Source: Leucoraja erinacea
Lineage: Eukaryota
Direction: 5' to 3'
Assembly: GCF_028641065.1 (NCBI RefSeq)
Contig: NC_073411.1
Location: forward strand, 7,192,001 to 7,247,817
Length of the DNA: 55,817 nucleotides
Shown here: positions 37,607 to 49,890 of the stretch, piece by piece
Numbering within the stretch: the stretch's first letter is position 1
How the letters are laid out: each line of letters starts with the position of its first letter
Notes under the pieces: generated by a model
What the model saw: the letters and a program-made list of their open reading frames with translations, nothing else
Database searches by the model: none
What the model was told of the DNA's origin: nothing
Made by a program: the position numbers and the translations under genes

Positions 37607-39519
37607 GCTGGAATGAACCGACAGCTCCCTTTCAACGCGGAGACATTCATCAATGGGATACAGGAGCCTTGACTCTTGAATATAATGTAACGACTCTTGC
37701 ATAACAATAAACATATAACAAACATATTCCGCCGTCATCTTCTTCTGGCCATCGCTCTACTACCTCTCGCTGCTCACCTGTCAGAGTTCTGTAGGCTGAC
37801 CAACAACGCTAGTCCCATCTGCCTGTAATGGCCCATATCCCTCTAAATCTATAGAAACCATGGGCACGTCCAAATGTCATGTAATACCAGTTACTGATTG
37901 CCTGTACGGGGTTTTCAGAAGTGCACTGACGCGGATTAAATATGTTTATCATATTAACAATGGATATCTTTTCCAGGCTGGAATGGAGTGAGGTAGTGCA
38001 TTGTCCCAAGGTAGACTAAAAAGCTGCAGGAACTCAATGGGACGGACAGCATCTCTGGAGAGAAGGAATGGGTGACGTTTCGGCTCGAGACCCTTCTTCA
38101 GACCTAAAACGTCACCCATTGTTGAAGTAGAAATGGATCTGGGGGGTCCCTGTTCATCATTCTATGAAAGTAAGCATGCAGGTAGTGAAGAAAGCGAATG
38201 GCATGCTGGCCTTTATAACAAGAGGAGTCGAGTATAGGAGCAAAAATATGCAATATAGTCACGTGCCTTCTGACAATCGCAACCGAAGGATGATAATAAC
38301 AGAATTTGATGGGGAGGCAACTATTTAAAGCTGAGGTGTGTAGAACTATTATTGTAGGGAGCGACGAATCTCTCCATTTCACTACCTCGAGGGTGGTGGA
38401 ATTCAGATCATTTGAGCTATTTAAAGAGGAAGTACATACATTATTTGAAAGACTGCGGAATTAAGATATCTCGGAATCTGGCCCAGAGGGCGAAATGTCT
38501 GGAGCAAATTAACGCCGATGGTACTGAAGGGCAGAGCAAGCTTGTGTGTGTCTAGTTGGCTACACTCGCTCCAATTTTGAAAGGTCATGATAGTAAAATT
38601 AAAAACTGGTAGGGAAGAGCAGAGATATATGAAGGGGCAACATTACTGAATACAGCCATTGTGCGCCGAAAACCTGTTCCTGTGTCGTATTGGAAGATAT
38701 TCGATGAACAAACACGCCACATTAGGAGAGATGCTCGTGAGTCTCCGTCTCGGCCGAGAAGAGCTGTTTAGGACCGTGAACGGTGATGAGGGAGGAAGTG
38801 CAGTCTCAAGTTTTGTATTCAAGTTTGTCGCACAAGTGCCAAGCATCAAATGGGAAAGGTGGGATTAGATGGGCAGACTGCTGATATAATCTAAATGGAG
38901 GTAGATAGGAGTATACACAGGGGATTTTGCCCAAAACAGGGATTTAATGGACCTGAGGGCAAAGGTTTAAGGAGAGAATCTAATAGGGATCTAAGTGATA
39001 ACCTCTTCAAAAAGAAGGCGATGGGTAAATGGAGCGTGTTACCAGAGGAGGTAGATGATGCACGTACTACAACGCTATTTTTAAGACAAAAAGGAGACAG
39101 AGTGCTGGAGTAACTCGATGGGTCCGGAAGCCGGACAACGTGGATCGGGAATACATTGCAGCGGAATCTCGATCGGATGGGTAGGTAGACTGAGGAATGT
39201 TTGGTGGAAATTAATGGAATTTATTAGGAGAGATTGAGCAGGCTGGGAGTCTATTCCTTGTGGCGCAAGAGGACGAGGGGGTGATATTATAGGGATGTAC
39301 AACGTCATGAGAGGAATTGATCGGATAGCCACACGGATTCTCTTGCCCAGATGAGGGGAAAGGAGAACCAGAGGACATAGGTTTAAGGTGAAGACGGAAA
39401 GATTTAACAGGAACCTAAGGGGTAACGTTTTCACCCAAAGGGCCATGCGTAGGAATGGTTTAATCGGACTTGGGCTAAACACCTGCAGGTGGGACTAGCG
39501 TAGATGGGGCATTTTTGAG

Positions 39520-40330
39520 GCATGCTCAGCTTCGGTGCTTGATGACTTTAAGGATGATACGCTGGTTGCAGTGAAGTGGAAGGAAGGGCCAGCGGAACTC
39601 CACCTCCTTTCTGAATGGACAGGGCACAGGCAGCGTAAGCGAAGGTTGGAAAGCAGATTCTCGAGTAGGGAGAATGAAGTCTGCGGGCGGTGGCAGCGGG
39701 ACAGAGGTTGTTTATTGAAAACCAAGCAACAGTCAGGTGCACAAAGGTGATCCGTACGTCCCATGGTCTCCGAACCAGACCGCTCATTCACTAGGGCGAC
39801 GCGGTCTGGTTCGGAGATCATGGGACGTACGGATCACCTTTGTGCACCTGACTGTTGCTTGGTTTTCAATAAACAACCCAACGCGGCTTTGAGTCGCTGC
39901 ACAGCCGCCTTCCGAGGCAGTGTCAGGGATATGTTGCAGTGTTAGTCGCCTGTCAACGTCTCTCTCTTTCCCTTTCTCTCAGCAGAAACACCTACTGCGC
40001 ATCGCTCTGCTGCTTCCCGGGCCTCAGCTGTCGGAATCCGCCTGCTTCTTTCAGCCCCAGCACACAGACGGTAATCTATCGATGTGAATCTCTCTCTCGA
40101 ATCCAACAGTGAGACTCGGCAGACAGCAGAGACTGAGCAGGGACATTACACCCATGGATGGCGCTACGCTAAGGCTGGTCACCCTTGGCTCCCCGCCTGC
40201 TCCTCGGTCGGGCAGGAGCCTGAGTGAGGGTGGTGCAGGTTGATGCCCCGACCAACCCCCAGCTTAAAGCGCGCTCCTCTGCCGCACTTCAGCTGAAGCA
40301 CTAAACCTACTCCACGGTTGGAGTGAAGGA
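39520..40330 (+). pseudogene. Truncated MSMB-like pseudogene (copy 7): promoter, exon 1 and exon 2 only
   Basis: Near copy of the copy-6 5' region (~33480-34240). ATG 39820-39822 is followed by GG instead of the GT donor. Exon 2 is at 39986-40070 (KHLLRIALLLPGPQLSESACFFQPQHTD). No exon 3 or 4 follows on the + strand; homology ends at a half-MITE at ~40331. Confidence 0.85.
39706..39878. repeat. 78-bp inverted repeat with 17-nt loop spanning pseudogene exon 1
   Basis: 39706-39783 is the reverse complement of 39801-39878 with one mismatch. Confidence 0.95.
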
Positions 40331-41459
40331 TCACGTGCGCGTCGTGACGAGTAAACGACGTCACGTCAATGACGCGCAAACGACGCACAAGTGGGACAGG
40401 CCCTCAACTCAGCGGGCCAAGTAATATCTCTGGAGAGAAGGAATGGGTGACGTTTCGGGTCATGAGTCTTCTTCAGACCCGAAATGTCACCCATTCCTTC
40501 TCCCCAGGGATACTGCTTGTCCTGCTGAGTTGTTTCTGCTTTTTGTACCTATCTTCGGTTTAAACCAGCATCTGGAGTTCCTTCTTACGCATTGTGCCAA
40601 GGAATGGTTCCAGCCCAGCAATTATTTACAGTGTGTATAAATGATCCGGAGGAGGAGTGACGGTGTAAGGTATTCTGGTTTCCAGGAATAGGTGGGAGGT
40701 CAAGTCACAATGAGGATGAGCCATTTGGCTGTGAATTATGTGCCCTTATAAATGCCCGGTGGATCTGCATGTTTATTATAAATTACTTAGCTAAAGGACC
40801 TGTAAATCCCTTTATCCGTCAATGTATGCCAATCGCTTAACAACTGAAATTTACGCCGCAGTGTCATCATTTTTTATGTAGTTGAGGATAACTTGATGTT
40901 TTCTCCATTGAACTTCATCTGCAACACAATCATTCTGCATGTTGATATTTTCATCAACAGGTTTGGATATTTTAATTTGGTCCCGACAATCAATCGCTGT
41001 TTTCTTTCTCTCTCTTATTCAAGTTGCGAGCCCCCGTGTGGCACCATCTAATCTGCAGGATGCAAACCGGGCTGAAGGTATTGGGAAGATCATGATCTGT
41101 TTTTTTTTTTAAATTTGCATAGTTGGCATCTAAATACCCCTGGCGCTTCTGTCAAATCCATAGAATTTATTATTTTTCAGGTTCATTGACATATTTCACA
41201 GTTACATTTTCATACAACCTACATTTCGTTCAATTTACAATTTCTCACACACTCGAGTTCCCAAATGTGTCACCACATTTCACAGAGGCTCCTCTTTCTC
41301 ACGCCCATTTCTTATTGAAACCTTGGGTGCAAAGTCTCCAGATGTTTCCGTTCAGGTTTTCTAAGTGGGACAGGGGCATTTTACATACACAACACACACA
41401 CGCAACACACACCGTAACACACACACCATCACACACATGCAACATACACAGAACACACA

Positions 41460-41617
41460 NNNNNNNNNNNNNNNNNNNNNNNNNNNNNNNNNNNNNNNNN
41501 NNNNNNNNNNNNNNNNNNNNNNNNNNNNNNNNNNNNNNNNNNNNNNNNNNNNNNNNNNNNNNNNNNNNNNNNNNNNNNNNNNNNNNNNNNNNNNNNNNNN
41601 NNNNNNNNNNNNNNNNN
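41460..41617. other. Assembly gap after a CA-rich repeat
   Basis: Ns. Confidence 1.
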
Positions 41618-41855
41618 CCTCATTGTCTATCTGCACAAACACCAATCTTTTTTCTTCGCACTCTCATCTCAAACTGTCCACCACATACATTGTCAGAGCC
41701 TCCTTCTTCACACCCATTTCTAATGGAAGTGATGGATAATACAACAACACCAACTGCAGGATATGTTTATTGTTATACAGACATTACATGCACGAGTCAA
41801 GGCTCCCGTATCCCATTATCTCCACCTTGGAAGGGAGCTGCCTGTCTATTCCAGC

Positions 41856-44800
41856 TCATTTCCCAACAGCTCCGTACGTGGGACATTCGATAGATGGGTC
41901 GTCCCTCAAGTGGACTCGATACACACAAGCTTCATGATCCAAAACTGCGACACAATCTTCAGGGAACATGACAGGTCTCATAGCCCTGAGGAATAGTTAT
42001 GGATGCAATAATTAAAAAACAATCAGAGTTTCGGCATTACAATAATTAAAAAACAATCAGAGTTTCGGCATTACAGGAAGGACGCCACTCATCCCATCGG
42101 CTCCATACTTGTTCTAGGCAGGGGTTATGCAGATTAATTCACTCATCGTACACGTTTCCTTTCATCTATGGTCCAATTCTGTCTTGAATCTGTCTCCATG
42201 ACACTCCAGACCCCCGCCATTCACTAGGTAACTGAAGGGTTTCCGTGGTCAGATTTAGCTCTCATCAGTCAACTTCATCCCATTTCCCCGGGATGTCGGT
42301 CTGTCTGCCAATGGGAACAGCTCCCTCCCACACTCCGAACCTTCAACAATCCTAAACTGCCTCATCTCACCCTCCACCTCCCTTTTAGCTGTGTATATGT
42401 GGGTGGTGGGGGGCTGTGGGGAAACAGGTTAAATCTCTTCCCTGTGCGGGGACCCGACTATTCCCTGTCCGGTCTCGGATGTTGTTGGGTCTAACATCGT
42501 GGAACTGGCGGTGACCTCCGGCCGGGACTAACCTGAGGGCTCCAGTTGCAGAGCCTGCGGAACTGACATCGCGGAGCTGGCCAAGTTCGGAGCGGGAAGA
42601 GCTGTGGTGGCGTGCGGCTGCGACCCGACTTTTGGAGTTCGGAGGCACCGGCCGCAGACCCGGTGGACGGGAACATCGGGAGCTCGCAGGTCCGTGGTGG
42701 GAGACCGCATTTCCGAGCTCCGCAACGGCGACTTCTCCCGCTGGAATCGCGGGTTTAAGGACATGGAGCCGGGGCCTAACATCACCCGGCGTCGCTTAAA
42801 AGGCCTCAGGACTTATCATCGCCCGCCGGGGACTTTAACATCGGAGCCCCAGTTCCCCTCGCCACTGCAGTTGGACTGCTGGACCACGGGAGAAGGAACG
42901 AAGGGAAGAGATAAAGACTTTGCCTTCCATCACAGTGAGGAGATATTGGAGACTCACTGTGATGAATATTTATGTAAAACTGTGTTAAGTGTGGGTCTTG
43001 GATTGTTTTGTAATGTAAATAACTGTAGAAATGATATTTCGTCAAACCTAGGTTTGAATGACAATAAATTGCATTCTATTCTATTCTATTGTATACTTAA
43101 AAAAATCTCTTCCCTGCACGGGAGACCCGGCCTTTTCCTTGTCGGGTCTCCGTTGTGGTTGGGGCCTAGCACCGTGGAGCAGCCTCCAACCAGAACGACC
43201 TGGGGGCTACTGTCGCGGAGCTGTGGACTACTCGCCATCTTGGGGATGGCCGGCCTCGGATCGTGGGGAGCAGTGGTGGCTCGCTGCTGCGGCCCGACTC
43301 CGGCGCTCGGAGGCTCCAGCTGCAGTCGCAGGTCTGGTGGACTGTGATATCGGGAGCTCGCGGGGTCGGGTGGGAGACCGCTTTTCGGAGCTCCCGCAAT
43401 GCGACTTCTCCCGCCTGTGTCGCCGGGTTGAAACAACCCGGAGCGGGCCGTACTTCGCCCGACGCGGCTTTAATGGCCGCGGGTTATTCCAGCGCCCGCC
43501 GGGGTCTCCAGCTTTGTGACTATGGGGCCTGGAGTGGGACTTACCATAGCCCGCCTGGGGCTTCGACATCGGGAGAGAAATGGTGCAGGGGAGAGAAAGG
43601 ACTCTGCCTTTCATCACAGTGAGGAGGAGATTCACTGTGATGGATGTCTGTGTAAATTGAATTGAATGTATGTCTTGTAGGAATTGTCTTTGTTTGGATA
43701 GCTATGGAAACGGAGCTTCGTTTGCGCCTCACTGAGGTTCAAACGACATATTGTATTGTATTGTATTTCAGACACAAGGGTGTAAGTATCAGCAGGAAAC
43801 CTGCCCGCATGTTTCATTTCATTTATTTAGTTTAGTTTAGTTTAGAAATACAGCGCGGAAACAGTCCCTTCGGCCCACCGACTTCTCGCCGATCAGCGAA
43901 ACCCGAGCGTTAACAGTACACAAACTAGGGACAATTTACACTTATACCAAGCCAATACAAAATACGTCTTTGGAGTGTGGGAGGAAACTGAAGATCTCGG
44001 AGAAAACCCACGCGGTCAAGGTGAGAGATATGGAGTCATATAGCATGGAAACTGGCCCTGTGGCTCACCTTGCTCACGCCGATTAACATGTCTCATCTAC
44101 ACTCGTCGCACCTGCCTAGGTTTGGTCTATAGCCCTCCAAACCTGTCCACTCCATGTACATGTCCAAATGTTTCTTAAACGTTGATATACTACCTGCCTC
44201 AACTTCCCCCGGCAGCTCGTTCCATACACCCAACACCCTTTGTGTGAAAGATTTACCCCCAGCTTCATGTTCAATCTTCTCCCCTTCACTTTCAACCAAT
44301 GTCCTCTGGTTCACTATTCCCCAACACTTGGCAAGAGACCCTGTGCGTCTACCCGATCTATTCCTCTTGTGATTTTATACACTGTCTCGGGTTTGTTCAG
44401 AGATGGGGAGAGCCGGTGTTCGGGGCATTCCCTCCACTACACACAGCGATTCCCAACGCATCGGCGACCCAGACCACCCTTTCTCTGGCATCGGCGACCC
44501 CCTCCCGAGTGCTGCAGTGTCAGTTCAGCCGTCGGGATCAGACCCTATGCGATGACCCGCGGAGGATTACATACCGATCACAGCATCTGTAGCTTCCAAT
44601 TCTACACGAGCACACCATGCAGTTTGTTGCGTTCCATGATTCTCCCACTTCGTGCACCGACTCGTCGGTCTCATCAATACAGACGTTGCAATCCTCGCAT
44701 TCGCCCGGAGCTGTTGGTGACAAATACAGCGGGTGGTCAGTGTCGCGTCGGGGAGTGGAGTGACCCGAGGGACCGTGGTATTGACTCAATACAAACATAC

Positions 44801-45291
44801 CCTGGAAATGCTTGCGTGGACTAGGTGGAACGAAGGGCCTGTATATCTAATGCTGAGTATCTAATGCTGAATCTAAATCCGAGCTTCACACCGTTCGGAG
44901 TCCCATGTGGGTGAATAATAAGTGCTCGTGTTGTCCCCGAGTACGTGTAGCCCCCGGGCAGCTGCGCGTCGTTCTGAGGAGACCCTCCACCCGTAGACAA
45001 TGGTTAGTGCGGCAGAGGTGCGCTTCCTAGGCTGGGGATCGGTTGGGGCATCAACCTCCACTACACTCAGGCTCCAACCCGACCGAGGAACAGGCCGGGA
45101 GCCAAGGGTGACGAGCGTAACGCCATGAGTATGATGTCCTGATCAGTCTACTGTCGGATAGGAGAGAGAGATTCAGATCGATAGATTACCTCTTGTGCTC
45201 TGAGCGTTAAAGAAGCAGGCGGGTTCCGACAGCTGAGCTGCGAGGAACAGCAGAGCGATGCCCAGTAGAAGTTTCTGCAAAGAGAGAGAAA

Positions 45292-45330
<39 letters not shown>

Positions 45331-45533
45331 GGGGGGGGGGGGGGGTGGGGGGGGGGGGGGGGGGGGGGGGGGGGTGGAAGAGAGAGAAAGTTTAATGAGC
45401 AACGTGGTCAAGTAACTAATATAATGCACTAACTGCAACCTGTCACTGTCTCCCTGGAGGGTGAATGTGCAGCGACTCAAAGCTTCACCGATCCGTCTAC
45501 TCAAGTCCAAGCGGTCTGATCCATACGTACCAT
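41856..45533 (-). CDS. MSMB: MSMB-like copy 8, 117 aa, 12-Cys variant
   Basis: Minus-strand exons 45533-45531, 45274-45190, 44710-44575, 41985-41856. MKLLLGIALLFLAAQLSEPA-CFFNAQSTRAPGECEDCNVCIDETDESVHEVGESWNATNCMVCSCRIGSYRCCDRAMRPVMFPEDCVAVLDHEACVYRVHLRDDPSIECPTYGAVGK*. AATAAA at 41771-41766. Confidence 0.88.
42385..43768 (+). mobile_element. Two head-to-tail related GC-rich non-autonomous retroposons in copy 8 intron 3
   Basis: Both begin near aaatctcttccctg..gacccg, share a catcacagtga..tcactgtgatg hairpin (42928-42964, 43612-43642) and end in (attct)n or (attgt)n tails. They are absent from the paralogous intron of copy 9. Confidence 0.6.
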
Positions 45534-46148
45534 GATCTCCCAACCAGGCCGGTTCTCCCCGGAGTCTGAACGGACAATCTCTGTCCCGGTGACAACGGCT
45601 GCAGACTTTATTCTCCAGATCCACTGCCCCGCCGGTCGTTCAACTCTCTTTGCCTGCTTGCGTCAGAATGAAAGACTGAATAACAACCTGGTAATCGATG
45701 GATTTTTCTCGAGGACAGAGTCATATAATGCAGAATCAGGCCCATCGGCCCAACTCTTCCATGCCGTCCAAGACACCCCATCTAATGAGAAGGACGGAAC
45801 TAATTTACGCCGAAGATAGACATGCAGAGCTATAGTAACTGCAGCAGATACGAAAACAGGAACTACAACGACATTTAAAATACACTTGGACAAGAACAAG
45901 GATAGGAGAGGTTTGGAAGGATATGGGCCAAGCTCGGGCAATTTGGCCGAGATTAGATGCAACATAGACATACAATCCTGCAGATACTCCAGCATTGTGG
46001 TGTAAACCTGTATCTGCAGATCCTTCCTACAGCGCGTGAAGTGAAGATGACTGACGAGAGCTAAAACTGACCCCAATTAGTTACCCGGTGAATGACCGTG
46101 ATCTGGAGTGTAGTGGAGGCAGATTCAAAACAGAACTGGACCATACTT

Positions 46149-46270
46149 CCAGTGCGTGGAGCTGTTGGGAAATCAGCTGGAATAAAGAGGCACCTCCCTG
46201 TCAACGTGGATACATTTATCAATGCGATACAGGAGCATTCGGTCTGGCTTGTAATGTCTGCATCAACAAT
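46149..46270 (+). pseudogene. Remnant of an MSMB-like exon 4 3' end and 3' UTR
   Basis: cca gtg cgt gga gct gtt ggg aaa TCA (PVRGAVGK with the stop changed TGA>TCA) is followed by the family 3' UTR (gctggaataaa...aatgcgatacaggagc...gtaatgtctgcatc). It is fused directly to intron-3-like sequence at ~46078-46145. Confidence 0.75.
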
Positions 46271-46709
46271 GGACCATTGTGGGCTCCACGTTCCCTTTAT
46301 AATAGTTGTTTTTTGCATATCCTTCATTCATTTGTGCTATATCTCCCGTTTACATTTCCCCTGGCTCTCAGTCCGAAGGGGTTCTCGACCCGAAACTTAA
46401 TCTATTAATATTCTCCAGAGATGCTGCCTGACCCGCTGAGTTAATCCAGCTTCTTGTGTTTATCTTTTGTGATCCGTCAGGTCTATGAGGTCAGCCCTGT
46501 CCTGAACTGGCTCCAGAAACATCACGTATTCAAGAGATCTGTCCCAACATTGCCATCTCGTCCCCATTCCCATCCCTCGAAGACATTGGGACAAAGTCAA
46601 GTCAAGTCAAGTTTATTGACTTGACTTTATCAAAGATCATTAGACTTCAAGTAACCCTTGCTTTCCCTCTCTCCTCATCCCCCTCCCAGTTTTCCGACCA
46701 GTCTAATAA

Positions 46710-46963
46710 TGCCCCTGTCCCACTTCGGAAACCTGAACAGAAACCTCTGGAGACTTTGAGCCCCATCCAAGGTTTCCGTGCGGTTCCCGGAGGTTGCAGG
46801 TGGTTGCCGGAGGTTGCAGGTAGTGGGAGCAGGTAGGGAGACTGACAAAAACCTCCGGGAACCTCCGGGAACCACCTGCAACCTCCGGAAACAGCACGGA
46901 AACCTTGGGTGGGGCGCAGTCTCCAGAGGTTTCCGTTCAGGTTTCCGAAGTGGGACAGGGGCA
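46710..46963. mobile_element. Palindromic MITE nested in a Penelope-like repeat
   Basis: Long terminal inverted repeats, same family as 18754-18979. Confidence 0.8.
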
Positions 46964-47198
46964 TTTTACTGTTTCCGACTACATTTAATCTGTTTCATTT
47001 GTTGTTACCTTCTCTCAGCTAACACGTTCTTATCTATGTATCATTTTCTCCCCTGACATCAACACTTCCTTATATATGTATCTACTTCTCCCCTGACATC
47101 AGTCTGAAAAAGGGTCTCCACCCAAAACGTCACCCATTCCTTCTCTGCCTGTCCCACTGAGTTACTCCAGCATTTTGCGTCTATCCTCGCTTTAAATC

Positions 47199-47874
47199 TG
47201 TAAAGGGTATAGCTAGGATCCAATAGCAGCACAGAATCAGGCAGGTATAATTGGTCATGAACTTTATTACGATACTGTAACACAGAGTAGTAACACAGGA
47301 ATGGGTACACCGTACTCACACAGAGGCTCAGGATTGAGCGAGGGTTCCGAAGAGGGGCAGGCAGGAGACGTAGTCGGGGTAGCGGAAGGTCCGGTAACCA
47401 GGAGATCCAACACACGATGCAAACAAACCAGCGAGGGACAGAGGAAAAGATAGTCGAAGCCAGGCAGGAAGTCGAGGAGCCGTTGCAGGCATACACCAAA
47501 CAGCCCAGGAGAGAGGCAGACAGAAACCAGGAGGTACGGGACGAAGGCCGTGGTCGGGGACAGAAGGCTGAGGTGATATCCGGGAAGACGACATGACGGA
47601 ATGGTCAGGGGCAGGCAGGTTCGAATCCGTGTAGGCAGTGGGGAAATCGCTGGAGAGTCTTGCATGAATGCTGAGAACAATCTGGCACTGTGTGAACGGT
47701 GAGGAGAGTCTATTGAGAGTTAATTGGTGATCAGAGGCAACTGAGTGCAACAGGTGAGGAGAGTTGGGCTGATGAGAGGGGAGTGACAGGCAGGCAGGTG
47801 AGGAGAAGGAGGGACCGGTGGAAAAGTACCGGGAGGTGAAGTGGATGAGAATGAGGAGAGGGCAGACTGTGTCA
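47199..47874 (-). mobile_element. Solo LTR (TG...CA, 5-bp TSD AAATC)
   Basis: aaatc|TG at 47194-47200 and CA|aaatc at 47873-47879. It splits the otherwise contiguous repeat ctatcctcgctttaaatc/agcatctgcagttcc. A minus-strand AATAAA lies near 47263-47268. Confidence 0.75.
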
Positions 47875-49799
47875 AAATCAGCATCTGCAGTTCCTTCCTA
47901 CTCATTGGGCCACAAATGGGGTGGGAGATTGCAACCTTCACGTGGTCGGCCATGTTTCGACAAATGCAATCAACCTGTTATGCACAATTGAATACGATCA
48001 AACAGAACAGGTTGTCCTGCAACTTTAGGCTGTGCACGCCATTTGCAAGAAGAAGAATGACACAAATTAGGATCCATGTTCCCGGCGGATGCGCGGTCTG
48101 TACGACTGCGTTGTACCACTGCTGTGAGCTCACTTGCATAACTGGCACCACGTCCACCATACTGGACATTCACACTTTTGGCCACCAGCAAGTCATGGCT
48201 GCCCATTACAGTACACTTACTACGGACAGCAGACTTGGTTAACAAATTGATAGCAACGAGAATGAATGAATGGGAGGTTCTCCTGCAGTCAGGGTGTAAC
48301 TCGAGGGGTCCTCCAAAAATGAATGACGCAGAATTAACCCTTCACAGTCCAACTAACACGTCCAAACGCTATGATGGCGCAAAACTACATGGAAAGCCAC
48401 AAGGGCGCATGACATATTGAGTATCTTGTATGAAGCGGGACTCCGTCCCTAAACGGGGAATCTCTCATCTGTGTCAAGTGTCTGAAGACGTAGGTTCAAG
48501 TAAAGAGGCAAGAACCGAAGGGACAACATGTTGACTTCGATAGTGGTAGGCATTTGGAACGAGCTACCAGCGGGGATAGTTGAAACAGATACTACAACAA
48601 CAATTAACAACGCTAGTCGCATCTGCCTGTGATGGCATGTATTCCTCTAAATCTTTCGTAACCATGGATACGTCGAAATGTTATGTAATACCAGTTACTG
48701 ATTGCCTGTACGGAGTTCAGAACTTAGTAAATTCCAGTGCATGGTATATGAAGAGAAGTGCGCTGACATGGATTAAATATTGTATCTCTCACTAACAATG
48801 GAGGTCGGTTCCAGGCTGGAATGGTGTGAGGCAGTGCATTGTCCCTAGTAGGCGTAAAAAGCTGGAGTAACTCAGCGGGACAGGTAACATATTTGGGGGA
48901 GAATGAATGGGTGACGTGTCGGGCCGAGACTCTTCTTCAGACCCGAAATGTCACCCATACCTTCTCTGCAGGAAAGCTGCTCGTCCCGCTGAGTCGCGTC
49001 TGCTTTTTGTATCTATCTTCGGTTTAAACCAACATTTGGAGTTCCTTCTTACGCACTGTGCCAAGGAATGGTTCCAGGCCAGCAATTATTTACAGTGTAT
49101 ATAAATGATCCGGAGGTGGAGTGAAGGTGTAAGGCATTCAGGTTTCCAAGAATAGTTGGGAGGTCAAGTCACAATGAGGATGAACCATTTGTCTGTGAAA
49201 TGTGTGCCCTATAATTGCCTGGTGGGTCTGCATGTATACTATAACTGACTTGTCTAAAGGACATGTAAGTCCCTTTATCCGTCAATATTTGCCAATCTCT
49301 CACCATCTGAAATTTACGCCGCAGTTTCATCATTGTTTTATGTAGTGGAGGATAGCTTTATGTTTTTTTACATTGACCTTCATCTGCAACACAATCGTTC
49401 TGCATTCTGTTTATATTTTCTGTTGATATTTTTATCAACAGGTTTGGATATTTTAATTTGATCCCGACAGTCAATCACTGTTTTCTTTCTCTCTCCTATT
49501 CAAGTTGCAAGCCCGCGTGTGGCACCATCTAATCTACAGGATGCAATCCGGGCTGAATGTATTGGGAAGATCATGATCTGGTTTTTTTGTTTTTTAATTT
49601 GCGAAGTTGACATCAAAATACCCCTGGCGCTTCTTTCAAATCCTTAGAATTTATTATTTTTCAGGTTCATTGACATATTTCACAGTTACATTTTCATACA
49701 CCCTACATTTCGTTCAATTTACAATTTCTCGGACACTCGAGTTCCCAAACGTGTCACCACATTTCACAGAGGCTCATCTTTCTGACGCCCATTTCTTAT

Positions 49800-49890
49800 T
49801 GAAATGATTGGTCAGAAGACTTGGACAGAATAAGTTTGGTGTATGTTTATAAGCAGACATTACATGAACGAGTGAAAGCTCCTGTATGCA
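49800..49890 (-). pseudogene. Remnant 3' UTR end of a deleted minus-strand MSMB-like gene
   Basis: ggtcagaagac...gaataagtttggtgtatgtttataagcagacattacatgaacgagtgaaagctcctgtat matches the reverse-strand 3' UTR and flank of copies 3, 4, 5, 8 and 9, but no exon 4 follows. Confidence 0.6.

Noticed and set aside
42604-43635. Overlapping GC-rich ORFs up to 247 aa
   Set aside because: They lie within repeat insertions, have no recognisable domain, and are open on both strands because of high GC.
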